A DNA stretch of 64,000 nt, taken from contig CM121342.1 in NCBI GenBank assembly GCA_051530055.1, positions 5,579,489 to 5,643,488 of the forward strand, given 5' to 3'. Every line of letters starts with the position of its first letter. Position 1 is the first letter of the stretch. Below are positions 60,170-64,000 of the stretch, one piece after another. This DNA is from Neoechinorhynchus agilis (Eukaryota; Animalia; Acanthocephala). The translations under genes were made by a program, and so were the position numbers. The notes under the pieces were generated by a model, which was not told where the DNA came from, made no database searches, and worked only from the letters and a program-made list of their open reading frames with translations.

Positions 60170-61950
60170 AAAAATAAACCCAGCCATACATTCCTAATTC
60201 TTCATTGTGGATACAAAGTGGAAAGGGTTCCTTCTTCAAATTAAAGATTTTAAAAATTACGCAGCAACAACGTCCGCCGCGGCGGCTGTTTCGCTTGCTG
60301 GCGAAGGGGTGCCCAGTCTCCAATGCAAATCGGTCAAATGCAGTGTTTGTCTTCGTGTCTTCAAACCCATTCTCAGTGGTCTCGTCCGCTCCCACGGTCA
60401 ACATGGGCATTGCCCTGGATCCAGAAAACGGTCAATTCAGCCTGCTTCTCCGTCTTCATCCAATCCATGCGATTTAACCGAACTCACAACTGTGGTCACA
60501 GACACGAATGCCCCACCGCCAGCACTAGTCGAGATGCTTTCACACGGTACCCGCATGATTAGACGAATCCCGCGAGGCGCCAGGTCCTCCATAGCTTCCA
60601 AATTAGCATGCCTGATCGAGCGTATCATACGAGATCCAACCGTACCATCTGACTGGTTCAACCTCCTCGCGTTTCCCAAAGCCGTCTTACGTGTTCCCAC
60701 ACAAACTGCTGAAGCCAACGAGAATCAATCGCTCAGTCAAAAGATTCGCAACAGGTCCGACGCTTTCGAGTCCTTTGAACAAGTCGAGCATCTTGGATGG
60801 CAGAGCCATCGCCGTAATGCTCCTCACGACCCGGACTCTCAACTACGTGCGAAATGCTCCGAGAAGCTGGAGGACATCGATCTGAGGGGTGCCGTTCGAC
60901 TTGTAAGCGGAACGGACCGCCTACTTGCGCCGAACAAGGACATCCTCGACTCCTTAAAATTGAAGCATCCTCCACGCGGACGGAGTTGCTTCAAGCCAAA
61001 TTATGATCCGTGTTCACAGAGTCCGACCGCGATCCCCTCATACCTATTACAGTCTCCACCGTCACTTCCGCTCTGATGTCCTTTCCGCCTTGGTCAGCTG
61101 GAGGGCATGATGGTTTAAGCCCTCGATACTTACGGGATTTGATCTGCTTCTCTTCTGGAGCTCAAGGTACACGATTGCTGAACGCAATCACCGAGCTCAC
61201 ACGCGTAATCGTCCGCGGTTCCGTACCTTCTCCAGTCGCGCGTCTACTCTGCGGTGCCAAGCTGATCGCTTTCACAAAAAAGGTGGAGGGGTTCGTCCGA
61301 TTGCCGTTGGTTGTACCTTCCGTCGACTGGCATCCAAAGTCGCGTGTCAGTTCGCCACCGATCGATTATTCGATCAACTTTTGCCGGTTCAATTAGGAGT
61401 CGGAGTTCCTGCTGGAGGCGAGGCGGCCGTACATGCAGCACGAGCGTATAGTCGAAATGGTATCAATACGGGAGGTGTGGTGTTGTGGGCGCGTTCAATT
61501 CAATATGCCGCACCGCGATAACAGAGGTTGTCCATCATCACTACCAGAAATCTACCAGTATGTGTCCTTGTGCTACGACCAGTCCAGCATGCTGCTGTTT
61601 GGCGAGTTCCAGGTCGAGTCAGCAGAGGCTGTTCAACAGGGTGATCCTCTAGGTCCTCTGCTGTTCGCATTGACGATCAATCATCTCGCCCACAACCTCA
61701 ACGACTGTTGCATTGCAGAGGAAATCGACCAGCTCATCCGTGACATCAACAGTATCTCCGAAATGGATGCCGATATCGGACCATTCCTGAGAACGGACAA
61801 ATGCGAGATAATTTCGGACGACCAAGATGATGCGTCGAGACTGCTCACCGTACTGCCCGGAGCAAAGATAACTGCAGAAGGAAACGTTCTCTCAAAAGCC
61901 ATCGATCAATTGTGGATTATTTTCAATAAAAGAAGGTCCATTTCGGAATG
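60170..61950 (+). mobile_element. 5'/RT portion of a CRE-like non-LTR retrotransposon, frameshifted and 3'-truncated
   Basis: N-terminal CSVC...H..HGHC Zn finger; RRIPRGAR; LKLKHP; SAGGHDGL; AVQQGDPLGPLLFAL; KCEI; split across four ORFs. Confidence 0.85.
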
Positions 61951-64000
61951 AACGATAAAGTACAGATCATTTGGTTCTCGTGGGTCAACATGCACAACCT
62001 TGACTCGGTACTTGCCCGTTTTAATAAAGTATTCGGTTTGTGTCGGTATCCGGAACATCATCCGATCATAAACATTGTGCTGTTTCATACTCACATGCGT
62101 ATCCGTCTCAGACAAAGCATCCGCAACTAAAACCTCGACTTCGTCACACAACACCTTTGTGACCATTAAAACCAAAGGGAGACGTCGATTTATTCGAGCT
62201 TTGTTGTACTCCTTGACGTCCGTCAAGACCAGGTCGCCAACTTTTCTATTTCGGATCACTCGATGCATTGCTAACTCGATGCAATCCACGTCCGTAAGGT
62301 CAATGTATCCACCTTTTTCTACGTCAAACAACCGACATTCTCCATTTTCCCGAACACAAACTTGACATTCCGCATTATCGAGATTTTCACGAAGGTCAAC
62401 TCGATGACCTATCAATCCACAAGTGTCGCTCACAAATAAACTCAAACACTTCAATGTACATGGCCGTTTGGATATTTCGACCGGGCAGTGGTAAATTGAT
62501 GAGCGGTTTATCGTTCCGAAGTTACCGTAATCGATGTAGTAAACTATCATGCGATCTTCAATCCTAGCTATTACTTTAACTCGGTATAAGTCTTCGGTGC
62601 CGCTTTTGTCCGTATAGGGAGCGAGATAGTACCTTCCGTCCACTTCTGGTTCGGCTACCTGTAATTTCTTAAGAATAGCCAAACTATTCACCTCTTGATG
62701 CTGTGCCTCAAGTTGTGAGACTACAGATTCCGGTTGATAGAATAAGTAGCGAGGAGAGTGGGCGTACGTTATTAGCACTTTACATAGTTTTTTCAGGTTA
62801 TTCGGGGACGCCAATGTCGCACGAATACTCTCAAACACTGATTCATCAACGTGGGGAGTTTGGCAGCTTTTTTACTAGGCAAACATTTATCGACAAGTGT
62901 CGTCAATCACTGTTCACATGGAGTACAGCTAATCGAAACGTATACTCATTAGTTAATAAAAAGGAATCCAAAAGCAATGAAGTCTACGGATCTCTAAATA
63001 GCCCACTTTTGCGGGAAATCATTCAAAATTAGCTAAATTACGCCGATTTTTGTATATTTTCCATTGAACCTTCTTCTCAACGTGACCCTACAGCCAAACT
63101 CACCATCTACGCAGTAGTGGCAAACACTTTCAAGAGTTTTCTTGATCGTTCTCCTTGTTGATAGATTATATAAGTCGATTAGATGATACTCTTCATTGAG
63201 TATACATCGTTGAATACCTTTAATGCGAATTTTAGCATCGACGCTCATTAGAAATTCTCTTGTGATTGCAGTGGCTCGGTCGCTATTTTCGAAATGTGGT
63301 AAGAATGTAACGAACGATTCATAGAGACAACAATAGGCAGTGTTGATTGGATCCGTGGCCATGAAGGAATCGCTATAATAGTACAGATCGTCCATATAAA
63401 CCGTAAAAGCGATTCCCTTGTCAACGTCGTACACATCGACCAATCCACCATTAGCACCGACTTGGGACATGAGCCAAACTCGCCCCATGTGCTTTTGGCA
63501 ACAGCGAAGAACCAAAATATCATTGTAATAATACCCAGTCTTGTTGTGTACTTCGTGATTTTGAAGCAAAAGCATCGGAAACTTTAAGTATCCATTGCTG
63601 TCCGCCCGCTTGAACAATTCACTAATTCTTTGTTCGTAATTTCTATGTTGAATCAACATAGCACAGTTCGATGCTATGCTAAGGACTTTAATCTCATCAT
63701 CTCGTTTCAGTGATGTTCCGTGCGTCTCGTAAAGACGACGGATGCATTTGTTTCTGTCAATGAAATCGATCATGTTGACTTCCATTATTTGATCAGTAAA
63801 GTCGCAAGTTGCTGGGATTTCTGTCGGCTCAAATGTTGGGCACATTATCAATGAACAGAATGGATCGGCATCTTCTATTGTGAATGGAAGAATGAAATTT
63901 TCATCAGGTTTGGCTGAAGCAAAACATTGTTTTGATCCGTCCTTCGATTTCGTTTTTGTTTCCTGACCACCGTCCTTCGTTATGTAGCGTGGTAATGTCC
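61906..64000 (-). CDS. Multi-Tudor-domain protein (TDRD-like), 5'-partial
   Basis: DLYRVKVIARIEDRMIVYYIDYGN; GRVWLMSQ...VDVYDVDKG; reading frame open to the window edge; intron near 63030-62870 unresolved. Confidence 0.75.

Overview
Gene-dense, AT-rich animal (metazoan) genomic DNA, standard genetic code, mostly short GT-AG introns (~40-60 nt) plus a few introns inflated by tandem arrays. The taxon cannot be named from sequence alone. Host genes: a tensin (degenerate PTP + C2 exons at 1.4-3.2 kb, probably spliced across a ~10.4-kb intron to an SH2-PTB exon at 13.6-15.6 kb) with NDUFA6 nested in that intron; two identical intronless GH18-CBM14 chitinases flanking YTHDC1; LACTB; NDUFA10; the P5A ATPase ATP13A1; an 896-aa protein of 61-aa repeats; two inositol 5-phosphatase paralogs; a motif-degenerate DDX18/HAS1 helicase; tRNA-Ser(GCT); a Phox2-like PRD homeobox gene missed by the ORF track; and a multi-Tudor gene running off the right edge. 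Mobile/repeat content: decayed APE-RT LINEs, CRE-like RLE retroelement fragments, a Penelope-like fragment, an RTE fragment, MITE-like hairpins and five non-coding or doubtful tandem arrays. The most unusual signal is a three-copy family of tRNA-headed elements (49.7-55.0 kb) whose consensus holds all three hammerhead-ribozyme strands in an order (GAAA, CUGAUGA, UH) matching none of types I-III. Hammerhead-like (Penelope) and twister-like (RTE) remnants also occur. All gene models and RNA folds were derived by eye and need computational and experimental confirmation.
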